Assembly (NCBI GenBank): GCA_965214405.1
Contig: OZ243956.1
Coordinates: 4,096,001 to 4,160,000 of the forward strand
Source: Trueperaceae bacterium
GTDB lineage: Bacteria; Deinococcota; Deinococci; Deinococcales; Trueperaceae
Direction of reading: 5' to 3'
Length of the DNA: 64,000 bases
Positions 39,858-49,043 of the stretch are shown piece after piece; positions within the stretch are counted from its first letter, which is position 1, and each line of letters opens with the position of its first letter. The notes beneath the pieces are model-generated. The model had not been told where the DNA came from. It was given only the letters and a program-made list of their open reading frames with translations, and searched no databases. The translations under genes and the position numbers were made by a program.

Positions 39858-40913
39858 TCACTGTAACCCCGCCTCCTCAAAGGTTGCCATGTCGGTAAGG
39901 ACCCGCGCCGCGCTCTCTAAAAGCGGCAGCGCGAGCACGCCGCCCGAGCCCTCGCCGAGCCGCAGGCCAAGGTCGAAAAGCGGCTCGAGGTCAAGGTGTC
40001 CCAACTGCACCCGGTGACCGGGCTCCACGGACGCGTGCGACGCGAAAAGGTAGTCGCGCACGTGCCCTTCAAGCGCTACCGCCACGAGCGCCGCCGAGGT
40101 AGCGATAAAACCGTCTAAGACGACCGGTACCCGCTCACGCGCCGCCATGAGGTAAAAACCGACCAAAGCCGCGATTTCGAGCCCGCCTACCTTGGCGAGC
40201 GTTCCTAAAGGCTCTATGCGCTCTGGCTGATGACGCTCGAGCGCCCGCTCGATGACGGTTATTTTGTGCTCGAGCCCCGCGTCCGTTACCCCCGTGCCGC
40301 GCCCTGTCACCGCCCGAACGGACCCGCCTGTCAGCACGGCGGTGAGAGCCGCCGCGGGCGTCGTGTTGCCGATACCCATCTCGCCGCCGACGAGCAAATT
40401 GGCTCCTTCGCTTATGAGGCGGCGGGCGGTTTCGACGCCGACGTTGCACGCGGCTAACGTCTCATCCATCGTCATCGCAGGGGCGTCTAAAAAGTTCGCG
40501 GTACCGCGCGCGACCTTGCGTTTTAGCAACCGTGGGTGGTCGGGGAAGTCGGCGTCGACGCCCACATCCACGACCAGTAAACTTGCATCCGCCACCCGCG
40601 CGAGCGCGTTGACCGCGGCCCCGCCGTGCAAAAAATTAAGCACCATCCCTCTCGTTACGCCTTTCGGATACGCCGACACGCCCGCCGCCGTGACGCCGTG
40701 GTCGGCGGCAAAAACGGCGACGGCCTTGTTTCTGACCACAGGTTTGGGCGCGCCATAAATCGACGCGAGCCGGACGCCTAAAGCCTCGAGCCCGCCCAAA
40801 CTCTCCGGCGGCTTGGTCAGCGTGTCGTGTCGCTTTTTTGCTCTCGCGGCCGTCTCGGTGTCAGCAGGTTCGATGTCTCTCATGATGTTTTCTAAGGCGT
40901 TAGGTTTCACCAT
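39858..40913 (-). CDS. cobT: Nicotinate-nucleotide-dimethylbenzimidazole phosphoribosyltransferase
   Basis: Motifs LTKPP.SLG.LE, FAADHGV, GEMGIGNTT and LRLGEGSG. Confidence 0.95.
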   Translation of the reverse strand: MVKPNALENIMRDIEPADTETAARAKKRHDTLTKPPESLGGLEALGVRLASIYGAPKPVVRNKAVAVFAADHGVTAAGVSAYPKGVTRGMVLNFLHGGAAVNALARVADASLLVVDVGVDADFPDHPRLLKRKVARGTANFLDAPAMTMDETLAACNVGVETARRLISEGANLLVGGEMGIGNTTPAAALTAVLTGGSVRAVTGRGTGVTDAGLEHKITVIERALERHQPERIEPLGTLAKVGGLEIAALVGFYLMAARERVPVVLDGFIATSAALVAVALEGHVRDYLFASHASVEPGHRVQLGHLDLEPLFDLGLRLGEGSGGVLALPLLESAARVLTDMATFEEAGLQ

Positions 40914-40915
40914 AC

Positions 40916-41542
40916 TTAGAAGCTCCACAGATTTTCCCGCCCCAGCAGGTGCGCGTGGTCGTTTACCCCGGCGATGGTGACGCGGCCATCGTAAAAAAGA
41001 ATGCGAGTGAGGCTCGCGTTGTTGACAGCGAAGTCCCAGGAGGTCGCGCCTGGCGCGTCCAAAATGAGCCGGAGCACGGTGTGGACAACGCCGCCGTGGG
41101 TAAAGGCGATGACGCGACCTTCTTCTGGCAAGGAGCTCAGCCACGCACCGACCCGCGCGGCCACGTCGGCAAAATTCTCGCCGCCTTGGGGGCGGTAGCC
41201 GTAGCGGTCGCGGCGCATCGCCTCGCGCACGCGGGCCTCTTCGGGCGTCAGGTCTGCGTCGATTTTGCCCTCCAATATACCCCTCGAGATTTCGCGCAGG
41301 CGCGCGTCTTGAATGGCGTCCACCCCCGGCAGCGCCAGCTCGGCGGTTTGCAGGGCTCTAGGTAAATCCGAACTGTAAACCCGGTCAAACGTGCGGTCAA
41401 AAGTCTCGTCCATCAGCCTCACCCCGAGCCGCCGCGCCTGTTTTAGGCCTAAGTTGGAAAGCGGATTTGGGCTCTGACCCTGGACGCGGCGCTCGCGGTT
41501 CCAGAGGGTTTCGCCGTGGCGGACGAGCACGAGTTCTAGCAT
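40916..41542 (-). CDS. cobC: Histidine phosphatase, probable alpha-ribazole-phosphate phosphatase
   Basis: RHGET and THGG motifs; position between cobS and cobT. Confidence 0.75.
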   Translation of the reverse strand: MLELVLVRHGETLWNRERRVQGQSPNPLSNLGLKQARRLGVRLMDETFDRTFDRVYSSDLPRALQTAELALPGVDAIQDARLREISRGILEGKIDADLTPEEARVREAMRRDRYGYRPQGGENFADVAARVGAWLSSLPEEGRVIAFTHGGVVHTVLRLILDAPGATSWDFAVNNASLTRILFYDGRVTIAGVNDHAHLLGRENLWSF

Positions 41543-41547
41543 CCCCT

Positions 41548-41832
41548 TCAACGTTCGATACCCCGCTGCGTGGGCACATTGGCGTCGAAAGCGTGCTTGA
41601 CGTGGCGCATTTCAGTCACGGCGTCGGCGGCGTTAACAAGCTCCTCGGGCGCGTTTCTGCCGGTCAACTGGAAGAGCCGCGTCCGCAAACCGCGACCGTG
41701 CGCATGGGTCACGAACCCCAAGGCGGCGGCGGTTTTGCCCTTGCCGTCACCCGTGTTGACGACGACCAAGCCACGCCGCTCGCCGTGAACTTTTGGGGTT
41801 TTCTGGTTTATGGGTGGTGCTGTGGTGCTCAC
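41548..41832 (-). pseudogene. cobO: Corrinoid adenosyltransferase (CobO/BtuR/CobA) with a large in-frame internal deletion, 94 aa
   Basis: The N-terminal P-loop [16 protein letters not shown] is joined directly to the C-terminal LTGRNAP.EL...AD.VTEM..VKH.F.....QRGIE. Confidence 0.8.
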
Positions 41833-41904
41833 GTTTCTCCTTTTCTTGCCCCGAATCAAACGTCAATGTTTACGTTCATTGCTAACCCTGTTGATGAAAC
41901 ATAG

Positions 41905-42699
41905 TTAATAAAACATAAGCGCCACGGTCAACAGGAGCGCCTCGCTGCTCTCGACCACCGCCCCGTAGGCGTCGCCGCCGAGGCCCCCCATCCGGCGATT
42001 TAGCCAAGCCCCCAAACCCAGGGCGGTAGAGGCCGCGGTCACAATGAGCACCAGACCGACAACCCACCCCACCGTCAGCAGGGAAACCGCCGCGGCGAGC
42101 GCGAGGCCCAAAAGGAGCGGAAAAGAGGTTTCGCTTTTTGTGAGCGCGCTCTTGCGCCCCAGCAAACTTGCGTCGTGAACCGGAAACCGCGCCATCGTCA
42201 GGAGCACGGCGGTGCGGCTCAGGAGGGGCGCGAGCAGGAGCACGGTGGGGCTCGAGCTCCCCACCCCTGCTACTTTGGTGAGAATCAGCAAGTTTCCCGC
42301 GGCGAGCGCGAACGCGCCGACGCGCGGATCCTTGACGATGCGCCAGCGCTCCTCAGGGGGTTTAGGCGCAAGCGCGGCGTCCGCCAAGTCACAAAACCCG
42401 TCGAAGTGGAGCGCGCCTGTGAGCCCCAACCAGAGCGCCGTGACGAGGGCGCCGCGCAAGAGGGGCGGGAGGGGCTCGAGCAAAACGGACGCGAGCGCCA
42501 GAAAGAGACCGATGATCAACCCGACCAGAGGATACGCCCGGACCGCCAACTTCAGATCGTCGTCTCGCCAGTCTCGCACCAAGGGCACGGGCAGCGTGGT
42601 GAGAAACCCCAGCGCCACCCGCAGCGCCCGCCCGTAGCGCCTCATGCGGGTCTCACGGTTCGTTTTACAGTGCGTCTCACAGTGCGTGTCACCGTACAT
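41905..42699 (-). CDS. cobS: Adenosylcobinamide-GDP ribazoletransferase (cobalamin synthase)
   Basis: Motifs FLTTLP, TGALHFDGFCDLADA, KDPRVGAF and GG.GGDAYGA..E. Confidence 0.93.
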   Translation of the reverse strand: MYGDTHCETHCKTNRETRMRRYGRALRVALGFLTTLPVPLVRDWRDDDLKLAVRAYPLVGLIIGLFLALASVLLEPLPPLLRGALVTALWLGLTGALHFDGFCDLADAALAPKPPEERWRIVKDPRVGAFALAAGNLLILTKVAGVGSSSPTVLLLAPLLSRTAVLLTMARFPVHDASLLGRKSALTKSETSFPLLLGLALAAAVSLLTVGWVVGLVLIVTAASTALGLGAWLNRRMGGLGGDAYGAVVESSEALLLTVALMFY

Positions 42700-42700
42700 T

Positions 42701-43516
42701 TCATAGCCGGGGCAGCACCACGGGGGTGCGGGTGCCGGGCTGCAAAAAAACGTGCGCGTCGGCCCCGTAGACCTCGTGGATGAGCCCTTCGGTCAGGACC
42801 TCGGCGGGGGTGCCCGCTGCCCTGAGTCTCCCTTGGTGCAGCACCAACACCCGGTCGCAGACGCGCGCGGCCAGGTTGAGGTCGTGCAAGACGACGAGCG
42901 CGCCCAAGCCGCGCGCCACCTCTAAGCGCGTCATGGACAGCACCTCGATTTGGTATTTGAGGTCTAAGTGGTTGGTCGGCTCGTCTAAAAGCAAGTAGGA
43001 GGGCTCTTGCGCCAGCGCCCGCGCCAGCAGCACCCGCTGCCGCTCGCCGCCCGAGAGCGCCGCCACGCGCCGGTCTCGGAACGCCCAGGTGTCGGTGCGG
43101 CGCATCGCCCGCTCCACCGCCGCCACATCAGCGGGACCCTCCGCGGCCCAGAAGCCCCAAAACCCGGTGTGAGGCGTGCGCCCCATCATGACGACGTCGT
43201 AAACCGAAAAGTCGCCCGGCAGCTCGCCGCCCTGCGGCACCACCGCCACGCGCCGCGCGAGCTCGAGCCGCGACCACTTGTGTAGGGGTAGGGTATCCAG
43301 GGTGACCTCGCCACGCGCGGGCGTCAGCACCCGCGTCAAGAGGCCGACGACGGTACTTTTACCCGCCCCGTTCGGCCCGACCACGCCGACGGTTTCGAAG
43401 GGACGAAGCTCGAGGTTCAAATCGCTCACAACCTCTTTGGCCCCGTCCTTGGCCCCGTCTTTGGTCCCGTAACCAGGGTGCCCGTAACCAAAGGAAAGGC
43501 CGGTCGCGCGTATCAC
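42701..43516 (-). CDS. btuD: Cobalamin ABC transporter ATP-binding protein
   Basis: Motifs GPNGAGKST, LSGGERQR and LDEPTNHLD; operon context. Confidence 0.85.
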   Translation of the reverse strand: MIRATGLSFGYGHPGYGTKDGAKDGAKEVVSDLNLELRPFETVGVVGPNGAGKSTVVGLLTRVLTPARGEVTLDTLPLHKWSRLELARRVAVVPQGGELPGDFSVYDVVMMGRTPHTGFWGFWAAEGPADVAAVERAMRRTDTWAFRDRRVAALSGGERQRVLLARALAQEPSYLLLDEPTNHLDLKYQIEVLSMTRLEVARGLGALVVLHDLNLAARVCDRVLVLHQGRLRAAGTPAEVLTEGLIHEVYGADAHVFLQPGTRTPVVLPRL

Positions 43517-44583
43517 GCTCTCCCCCCGCGTTTAGAACGGCGCAGCAAGTAGAGAAAAAAGGGACCGCCCACGAGCGCGGTCACGATGCCGACGGGCAGT
43601 TCCGCGGGCGCGATGACGGTTCGCGCCACGAGGTCGGCCAAGACCATAAAGATACCCCCCCACACCGCGGCGAGGGGCACCAGCGTGCGGTGGTCGGGGC
43701 CGACCGCCAGCCGCGCCGCGTGCGGCACCATGAGGCCGACAAAACCGATCACCCCTGCCACGCTCACCGCCGCCGCCGTGGCGAGGGTCGCGGTTACTAT
43801 GAGGCCCAGCCGAAACCGCTCGACGGGCAGCCCGAGGAGCGCCGCTTGCGCGTCACCCAGTTGTAAAAGGTTGAGCGCGCGGCTCGAGAAGAGCGTCACC
43901 ACCCCGGCAAGAATGACAAAGGGCAAAATTGAGCCCAACTTGTCCCAACTCGCCAGACCAAAGCCGCCCAGCAGCCAGCTAAGTATCCCCACCGCCCCGG
44001 CGCGCGCTGAGAGCATCACAAACGAGGTCGCGGCGGTGAGGCTCGAGCCCAGCACCACCCCCGCGAGAATGAGCGACACCGTCGGCACCCGCCCCTCCTG
44101 CCGCGCTAAAAGCACCACGCCGACGACCGTCAAAAGCGCCGTCCCGAACGCCATCAATGGCACCCCGAGCCGTGCCAAGAGGGGCACCGACGCCGACAGC
44201 GCCATCACCAGCGTCGCGCCGAAGCCCGCCCCGCTCGCCACGCCTAACAAATAGGGGTCGGCCAGCGGGTTGCGAAACAGCCCCTGAAACGCCACCCCCG
44301 AGAGCGCGAGCGACCCGCCCACGAGCGCCGCTGTGAGCACACGGGGCAGCCGAATGTCCCAGACGATCGTGTCGGTGACGGCGCGAGCGTCGCTGGAGAG
44401 GCCCGCCACGCCCCGCCACACCGCTCGCAACACCTCGGCGGACGCCACGGGCACCGATCCCACGCCGGTAGCGAGCACCACCACGCCCGCCAAAACGACG
44501 CTCGAGAGCACCAGCGGCGTCCAGCGGACACCCGCAAAAGGACCGCGTACCCCGCCCCGGAGCGCGCCGCGCTGCATCCTCAT
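43513..44583 (-). CDS. btuC: Cobalamin ABC transporter permease (FecCD family)
   Basis: Motifs IRLPRV, FRNPLADPYLLGV and IGFVGLMVPH. Confidence 0.88.
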   Translation of the reverse strand: MRMQRGALRGGVRGPFAGVRWTPLVLSSVVLAGVVVLATGVGSVPVASAEVLRAVWRGVAGLSSDARAVTDTIVWDIRLPRVLTAALVGGSLALSGVAFQGLFRNPLADPYLLGVASGAGFGATLVMALSASVPLLARLGVPLMAFGTALLTVVGVVLLARQEGRVPTVSLILAGVVLGSSLTAATSFVMLSARAGAVGILSWLLGGFGLASWDKLGSILPFVILAGVVTLFSSRALNLLQLGDAQAALLGLPVERFRLGLIVTATLATAAAVSVAGVIGFVGLMVPHAARLAVGPDHRTLVPLAAVWGGIFMVLADLVARTVIAPAELPVGIVTALVGGPFFLYLLRRSKRGGRA

Positions 44584-44586
44584 TCC

Positions 44587-45495
44587 CTAATCCACGCTGT
44601 CGGGATGAAAAATCTGCGCGAACAGCCGCACCGCCTCCGCGACGCGCGGCCCTGAGCGGTTTACGATATCGACCTGCTCAGGCGTGAGTTCCGCCACCCG
44701 ACCCGTGCGAAGCGCCCCAAGACCCTCCCAACCCGGCCGCTCCTTTAATGTCGCTGCGCTCTCGCCAAAGGGTGCGTCGCCCAGCACGATCACGTCGGGA
44801 TTGGCGGCGACCACAAATTCCGGGTCGAGGAGCGGAAAGTCGCCCATCCCCGCCTCGACGATGGTGCGGCCTCCCGCCTTGTTTATCAAGGTGCCGATAT
44901 AGGCGTCCGGGCCGACGCTGTAGGGGGTCGCGTCGAGTTCGTAAAAAACCGTCGGGACGGGCGCGTCGGCGACAAGGGCGGCGACGGCGTCTACCTCGCC
45001 GCTCACTTTATCGGACAAGCTTGCGGCCTCGGCCTCGAGGTTTAAGAGCTCACCCACCACCTCAAAAGTGTCAAAAATCTCATTATACGTCTGCGCCGTT
45101 CCCGCGTAGACCGTGAGCCCCAGCCCGCTTAGCGTCTCGGCAATCCCACCCGATTCGTCAACCAATACCAGGTCGGGCTTTAGCGCCACGATGGCCTCGA
45201 CGTTGGGCGAAAAGCCGTTGCCCAGCACCGGCAGGTCGGTCACCTCGGCGGGATAGGTGCTGTACTCGTCCACGCCCACCAGCCGGTCGCAAGCGCCCAA
45301 CGCGCAGACCGTCTCCGTCTGGCTCGGAATCATCGAGACGACGCGTAGGGGCTCCGCCTCGAGCACCACCTCTCGCCCCAAGTCGTCGGTAACCGTGAGG
45401 GGGTAGTCGGTGGCGAACGCGGTGCCTGCGAAAAGAACGGTAAAAGTAGGGATAAAAAACCGCGAATACGAACGTAAAACCCGTACAACCGTCAC
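44587..45495 (-). CDS. btuF: Cobalamin ABC transporter substrate-binding protein
   Basis: Motifs YPLTVTDDLGR, RVVSMIPSQTE and R.GPRV.EAV. AAGGAGG precedes the GTG at 45495. Confidence 0.88.
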   Translation of the reverse strand: MTVVRVLRSYSRFFIPTFTVLFAGTAFATDYPLTVTDDLGREVVLEAEPLRVVSMIPSQTETVCALGACDRLVGVDEYSTYPAEVTDLPVLGNGFSPNVEAIVALKPDLVLVDESGGIAETLSGLGLTVYAGTAQTYNEIFDTFEVVGELLNLEAEAASLSDKVSGEVDAVAALVADAPVPTVFYELDATPYSVGPDAYIGTLINKAGGRTIVEAGMGDFPLLDPEFVVAANPDVIVLGDAPFGESAATLKERPGWEGLGALRTGRVAELTPEQVDIVNRSGPRVAEAVRLFAQIFHPDSVD

Positions 45496-45638
45496 AAGGG
45501 CCTCCTTCGGGCCACCTGCGGGGCGAAAAAAGCTCATCTCGAAAACCTGAAAGTTTACGAAACGAGCGCGGGTCTCCGGCCATGATGCGACATACCGGCG
45601 CGCCCTTCCTCGTCCTCGCAAGGGGTGCTGCAACTCGG

Positions 45639-45703
45639 GCTTTGGTATTCGGACTTTCACCGTTGCGGGACAGCGCCGGACTTTCACCGGACTTCCCCAA
45701 AGC
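45639..45703 (-). ncRNA. Cobalamin riboswitch aptamer, compact class II-like form
   Basis: Minus strand reads GCTTTGGGGAAGTCCGGTGAAAGTCCGGCGCTGTCCCGCAACGGTGAAAGTCCGAATACCAAAGC, with closing stem GCTTTGG/CCAAAGC, upstream of btuF. Confidence 0.88.
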
Positions 45704-45741
45704 AGGAGCGGTTTGATTAGCCACGTTCGCGTGGCTGAATT

Positions 45742-45770
45742 AGCTTACGGCGGCGTCCCCACTTTGTCAA
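45742..45770 (-). promoter_or_regulatory. Sigma70-type promoter for the riboswitch-btu-cob transcript
   Basis: TTGACA, 17 nt, TAAGCT on the minus strand. Confidence 0.7.
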
Positions 45771-45838
45771 ACGGGGTGCTTACAGGCGAACACGACAGGG
45801 TAGTACGTGAGACTCGAGAACGTGCTACGTTCTTTCGC

Positions 45839-45861
45839 AAAGAAGAACCCGCCGAAGCGGG
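45839..45861 (-). terminator. Intrinsic terminator after hup
   Basis: Minus strand CCCGC-TTCG-GCGGG followed by TTCTTCTTT. Confidence 0.65.
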
Positions 45862-45916
45862 CGTGGGTCTTGGGGATTTTTCTTAGGCTGTCCTGAAACA
45901 AACGCTAGCCCCTGAC

Positions 45917-46204
45917 CTAACTTTTTACGCTGTCTTTAAGCCCCTTGCCCGCCTTGAACGCGGGGTAAGACGAGGCGGGTATCTGGATCTTTTCGGTCGT
46001 GCCCGGTTTGACGCCTTCACGAGCCTTGCGCTCTCTCACCTCAAAGGTGCCGAAGCCGGTTAGCGTGACCTTGTCGCCCCCTTGCAGGTGCGTGGTGACT
46101 TCGTCTAGAAGCGTGTCCATCACCTTTTTCACGTCGCTCTTGGTCATCTCGAGCTTGTCGGCCACCGCGTCCACGAGGTCGGATTTCGAAACGTTGCTTG
46201 CCAT
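45917..46204 (-). CDS. hup: HU family DNA-binding protein
   Basis: Motifs KSDLVDAVA, VTLTGFGTFEVRERKAR.G..P.T and PAFKAGKGLK. Confidence 0.95.
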   Translation of the reverse strand: MASNVSKSDLVDAVADKLEMTKSDVKKVMDTLLDEVTTHLQGGDKVTLTGFGTFEVRERKAREGVKPGTTEKIQIPASSYPAFKAGKGLKDSVKS

Positions 46205-46308
46205 AATGTCTCCTTTCCGCGCTACTCTAACACGCGCGCTCGTTTGTGGGGCCGAAAGCCGCTCACCCGCTTCTTTGAGTTGTGCGAGCGCGTGATAGGC
46301 TGCCCCTC

Positions 46309-47304
46309 GTGCCCGCCGTTTCTTTAGACGACCTGCTGCTACCCAGCACCCGCAGCCTGCCCAGCTTCGTTCCGCCGCCCCGTTTTGAAGGAACGCGCTT
46401 TAGCACCTACCGGCCCCAGGAGCCGAGTCAAACGCACGCGTGCGAGGTAACGCGGGAGTTTGTCGCCTCCCGCGCCTCCCCGCGCGGCTTCCGCTGGCCC
46501 TGGCAAAAAGAATCCGAGAACGAACGCGGCCTCTACTTAGACGGCGGCTTCGGCGTCGGCAAAACGCACCTGTTGGCGGCGGCATATCACGCGTTTACAG
46601 AACCAAATAAAGCGTACCTGTCGTTTCAGGAACTCGTCTACGTGATTGGCGTCAAGGGGATGGCGGGGGCACAGGAGGCGATGGGCGGCTCGAGCCTCTT
46701 GTGCATCGACGAGTTTGAGCTCGACGACCCCGGCAACACGCTTATCGTCAAAACGTTTCTGGAGGGTCTGTTCGCTTCAAAAGGCCGCGTCATCACCACC
46801 TCGAACACGCCGCCCGAGGGGCAAGGGCAGGGGCGCTTTAACGCGGAAGACTTTAAGCGCGAGATTCAGAGCGTCGCGGCGCGCTTTAGGACCGTGCGGC
46901 TTGGCGGACCCGACTTTAGGAGGCGTGACCACCTCGCTCAATTTTATGGTGAGGAGGCGCTTCTCACCCTGCAAGAAGAAGACGCGAGACCCAAGGTGGC
47001 GCTCGAGTGGCCCCAACTCCTAGACCTCTTGGGCCGCTACCATCCCATTCGCTACCGCGACGTGTTGGAAAACGTCGACACGCTCTACGTTCACGGCGTC
47101 CAGAACATCGGAACACAAAACGACGCGCTGCGTTTTGTCCACTTTATCGACAAGCTTTACGACCTCAGGGTGGGCTTCCGGGCTTCGGGAGAGGTGGCGC
47201 TAGCAGAACTCTTCGACCCCTCCTACAAAAACTCGGCCTACGCCAAAAAGCATGACCGCTGTCTCTCGAGGCTTTCCGAACTGCTCGAGGAACCGCTACC
47301 CTAG
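46309..47304 (+). CDS. zapE: AFG1/ZapE family ATPase
   Basis: Motifs GLYLDGGFGVGKTHL, CIDEFELDDPG, TTSN and RCLSRL. TAGGCT lies 7 nt before the GTG at 46309. Confidence 0.88.
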   Translation: MPAVSLDDLLLPSTRSLPSFVPPPRFEGTRFSTYRPQEPSQTHACEVTREFVASRASPRGFRWPWQKESENERGLYLDGGFGVGKTHLLAAAYHAFTEPNKAYLSFQELVYVIGVKGMAGAQEAMGGSSLLCIDEFELDDPGNTLIVKTFLEGLFASKGRVITTSNTPPEGQGQGRFNAEDFKREIQSVAARFRTVRLGGPDFRRRDHLAQFYGEEALLTLQEEDARPKVALEWPQLLDLLGRYHPIRYRDVLENVDTLYVHGVQNIGTQNDALRFVHFIDKLYDLRVGFRASGEVALAELFDPSYKNSAYAKKHDRCLSRLSELLEEPLP

Positions 47305-47377
47305 TTTTGTGAGAAGCCTACACCGTCTTTAGCTCTTTCGAACCCCGTTAAAGCTCACGCCAATCTTAGCCGTTACG

Positions 47378-48364
47378 TTAGACACTCAGTTCTAAACCCA
47401 CGGGCAGCACCGTCAGCCGGTCCATCACCGTGAGAAACGCGGTGACCACCGCGTGAGGATAATGTCGGCCCGCGAGCCCGCAGATTTTTTCTATCGCCTC
47501 CTCGTGCGAGAGCGCGCGGCGGTAGGGCCGGTCGGTGGTCATCGCGTCGTAGGTGTCCACGACTGCCACAATATATGACTCAGTAAGAATCGCGTCGCCG
47601 GAAAGGCCGTAAGGGTAGCCCGAGCCGTCAAGTCTTTCGTGGTGCTGCTCGACGATCTCGCCCACGGAGGCCATAAAGGTCGTCTCGAGCAGGCGGCGGC
47701 CCGTCACCGGGTGCTGCTTGATAATCTCCCACTCTTCGGGCGTGAGTTTGTCCGGTTTTTGCAAAATCCGGTCGGGCACCTCGATCTTGCCCAAATCGTG
47801 AAGATAAGCCCCGTGGTCGAGCTTGTAAAGCCGAGGCGACGGTAAACGGAGCTCGAGCCCGACGGCCCGCGCCAGATCGCGCAACCGCTCGCAGTGGGCG
47901 GCGGTGCCCCGGTCTTTCTCAGTGACGAGTTCGGCTAGCTCTTTGAGGTCGCGCAGCGAGTCGGAAATCTCGTGAAACGCGGGGCGCGTACCCGTGTAAA
48001 AAAAGCGCACGTCCGTTTTGGCAGTCAGCGTCACGGGCTCCTGGAGTGCCTTGATGAGAACAACGTCGCCGGGCTCGACAGTCTCGGCGGTTTTCTCCTC
48101 GACGAGTTCACCCTCCGTAATCAGATACGTCTCGACTGTTTCGTTAAATGCTGTGGTGGGAACAGTGGTGGGAACGGTGGTGGGGATAATGGCGGGAACG
48201 ATATCGAGTCGGTGCCCCGCTTTGAGACTGCCTTCGATCATCTCCAAATTGGCTTCGGCCACGCGCAGCACGATCTCTCCGGCCTCTGACCAAGACCTCT
48301 CCAGACCCTCCCCGCGTTTTCGAACCTGAAAACCTAATGGGGAGGGCGGAGGGTCGGTGGACAT
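47378..48364 (-). CDS. HD-GYP phosphodiesterase with an N-terminal cupin-like domain
   Basis: Motifs YLHDLGK, HHERLDGSGYP and DTYDAMTTDRPYR. Confidence 0.9.
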   Translation of the reverse strand: MSTDPPPSPLGFQVRKRGEGLERSWSEAGEIVLRVAEANLEMIEGSLKAGHRLDIVPAIIPTTVPTTVPTTAFNETVETYLITEGELVEEKTAETVEPGDVVLIKALQEPVTLTAKTDVRFFYTGTRPAFHEISDSLRDLKELAELVTEKDRGTAAHCERLRDLARAVGLELRLPSPRLYKLDHGAYLHDLGKIEVPDRILQKPDKLTPEEWEIIKQHPVTGRRLLETTFMASVGEIVEQHHERLDGSGYPYGLSGDAILTESYIVAVVDTYDAMTTDRPYRRALSHEEAIEKICGLAGRHYPHAVVTAFLTVMDRLTVLPVGLELSV

Positions 48365-48571
48365 AAAGACCTGTCGGGTAATTGGTTTAAAAGGAACTCG
48401 AAAGTCAAGGGGTTTAGCGAACCGAAGCGTGAGCGGGGGTAGAAGCGACTCCGGGATCAATATCGCCATCACCGACTTCAGCAAAGGCTACAGGTAACAG
48501 AACCAGCGCAAGGGCTAACAAAACCTTTTTCGTGACCTTTTTCATCTTTTCTCCTCCTCAGAACTGTTTTT

Positions 48572-48654
48572 AGTCTACCCGAGCGTTGTTGCAAACGCGT
48601 TGCAGGATTGGGCGTGAAGTTTGCAACGCGCTGCCAACGTCCAAAAACTATACT
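48572..48654. promoter_or_regulatory. Back-to-back activator-dependent promoters with SARP-type direct repeats
   Basis: Plus strand: TGCAACG 48622, GCCAACG 48633, 9 nt, TATACT 48649. Minus strand: TGCAACG 48604-48598, TGCAACA 48593-48587, 9 nt, TAGACT 48577-48572. Confidence 0.65.
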
Positions 48655-48709
48655 TAACGGAGTAGAGCTTGAGCAGAGGCTAAAAAGCTCCAGAAAAGGG
48701 AGGGTTGTC

Positions 48710-48883
48710 GTGACCAAAGAACAAGCGCGTAAAGAGCTCGAGGGAACCTGGCGATTCAAACTCGTGGGAGACAAGGTTGCGCTCCGCGAGCTCGACCTTA
48801 TTGAGGCGGTGTCGCATTGTGAGGGAGAAAAAGTCGAGCGGAGCCTGCCGTCACCCCGCCGGGGCAAGGCGGCGTACTACTAA
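48710..48883 (+). CDS. Small hypothetical protein (57 aa)
   Basis: GGGAGG precedes the GTG, and the ORF lies downstream of a clear promoter. Sequence begins MTKEQARKELEGTWRFKLVG. Confidence 0.6.
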   Translation: MTKEQARKELEGTWRFKLVGDKVALRELDLIEAVSHCEGEKVERSLPSPRRGKAAYY

Positions 48884-49043
48884 TCAATTCACCTTTACAT
48901 TGGGTTACATCAGGTGTAAATACATCCTTAGGTGCTTAAGGAGCAGGGGAAATGGGGGAGACGTTACTTCTCACTACTCCTGCTCCTCATCGTCCTGTCT
49001 TTTTCCCGAGGCTTCTCACAGTATTTTTCACGTAATGTGGTCG

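Noticed and set aside
40914..41144. N-terminal extension of cobT
   Set aside because: It overlaps cobC in another frame and does not look protein-like; the ATG at 40913 follows the cobC stop.
45496..45687. N-terminal extension of btuF, and a second riboswitch around GGCCGGAGACC (minus strand, about 45571-45581)
   Set aside because: The extension overlaps the aptamer. The second B12-box-like motif has no accompanying GGGAA..CCCGC core.
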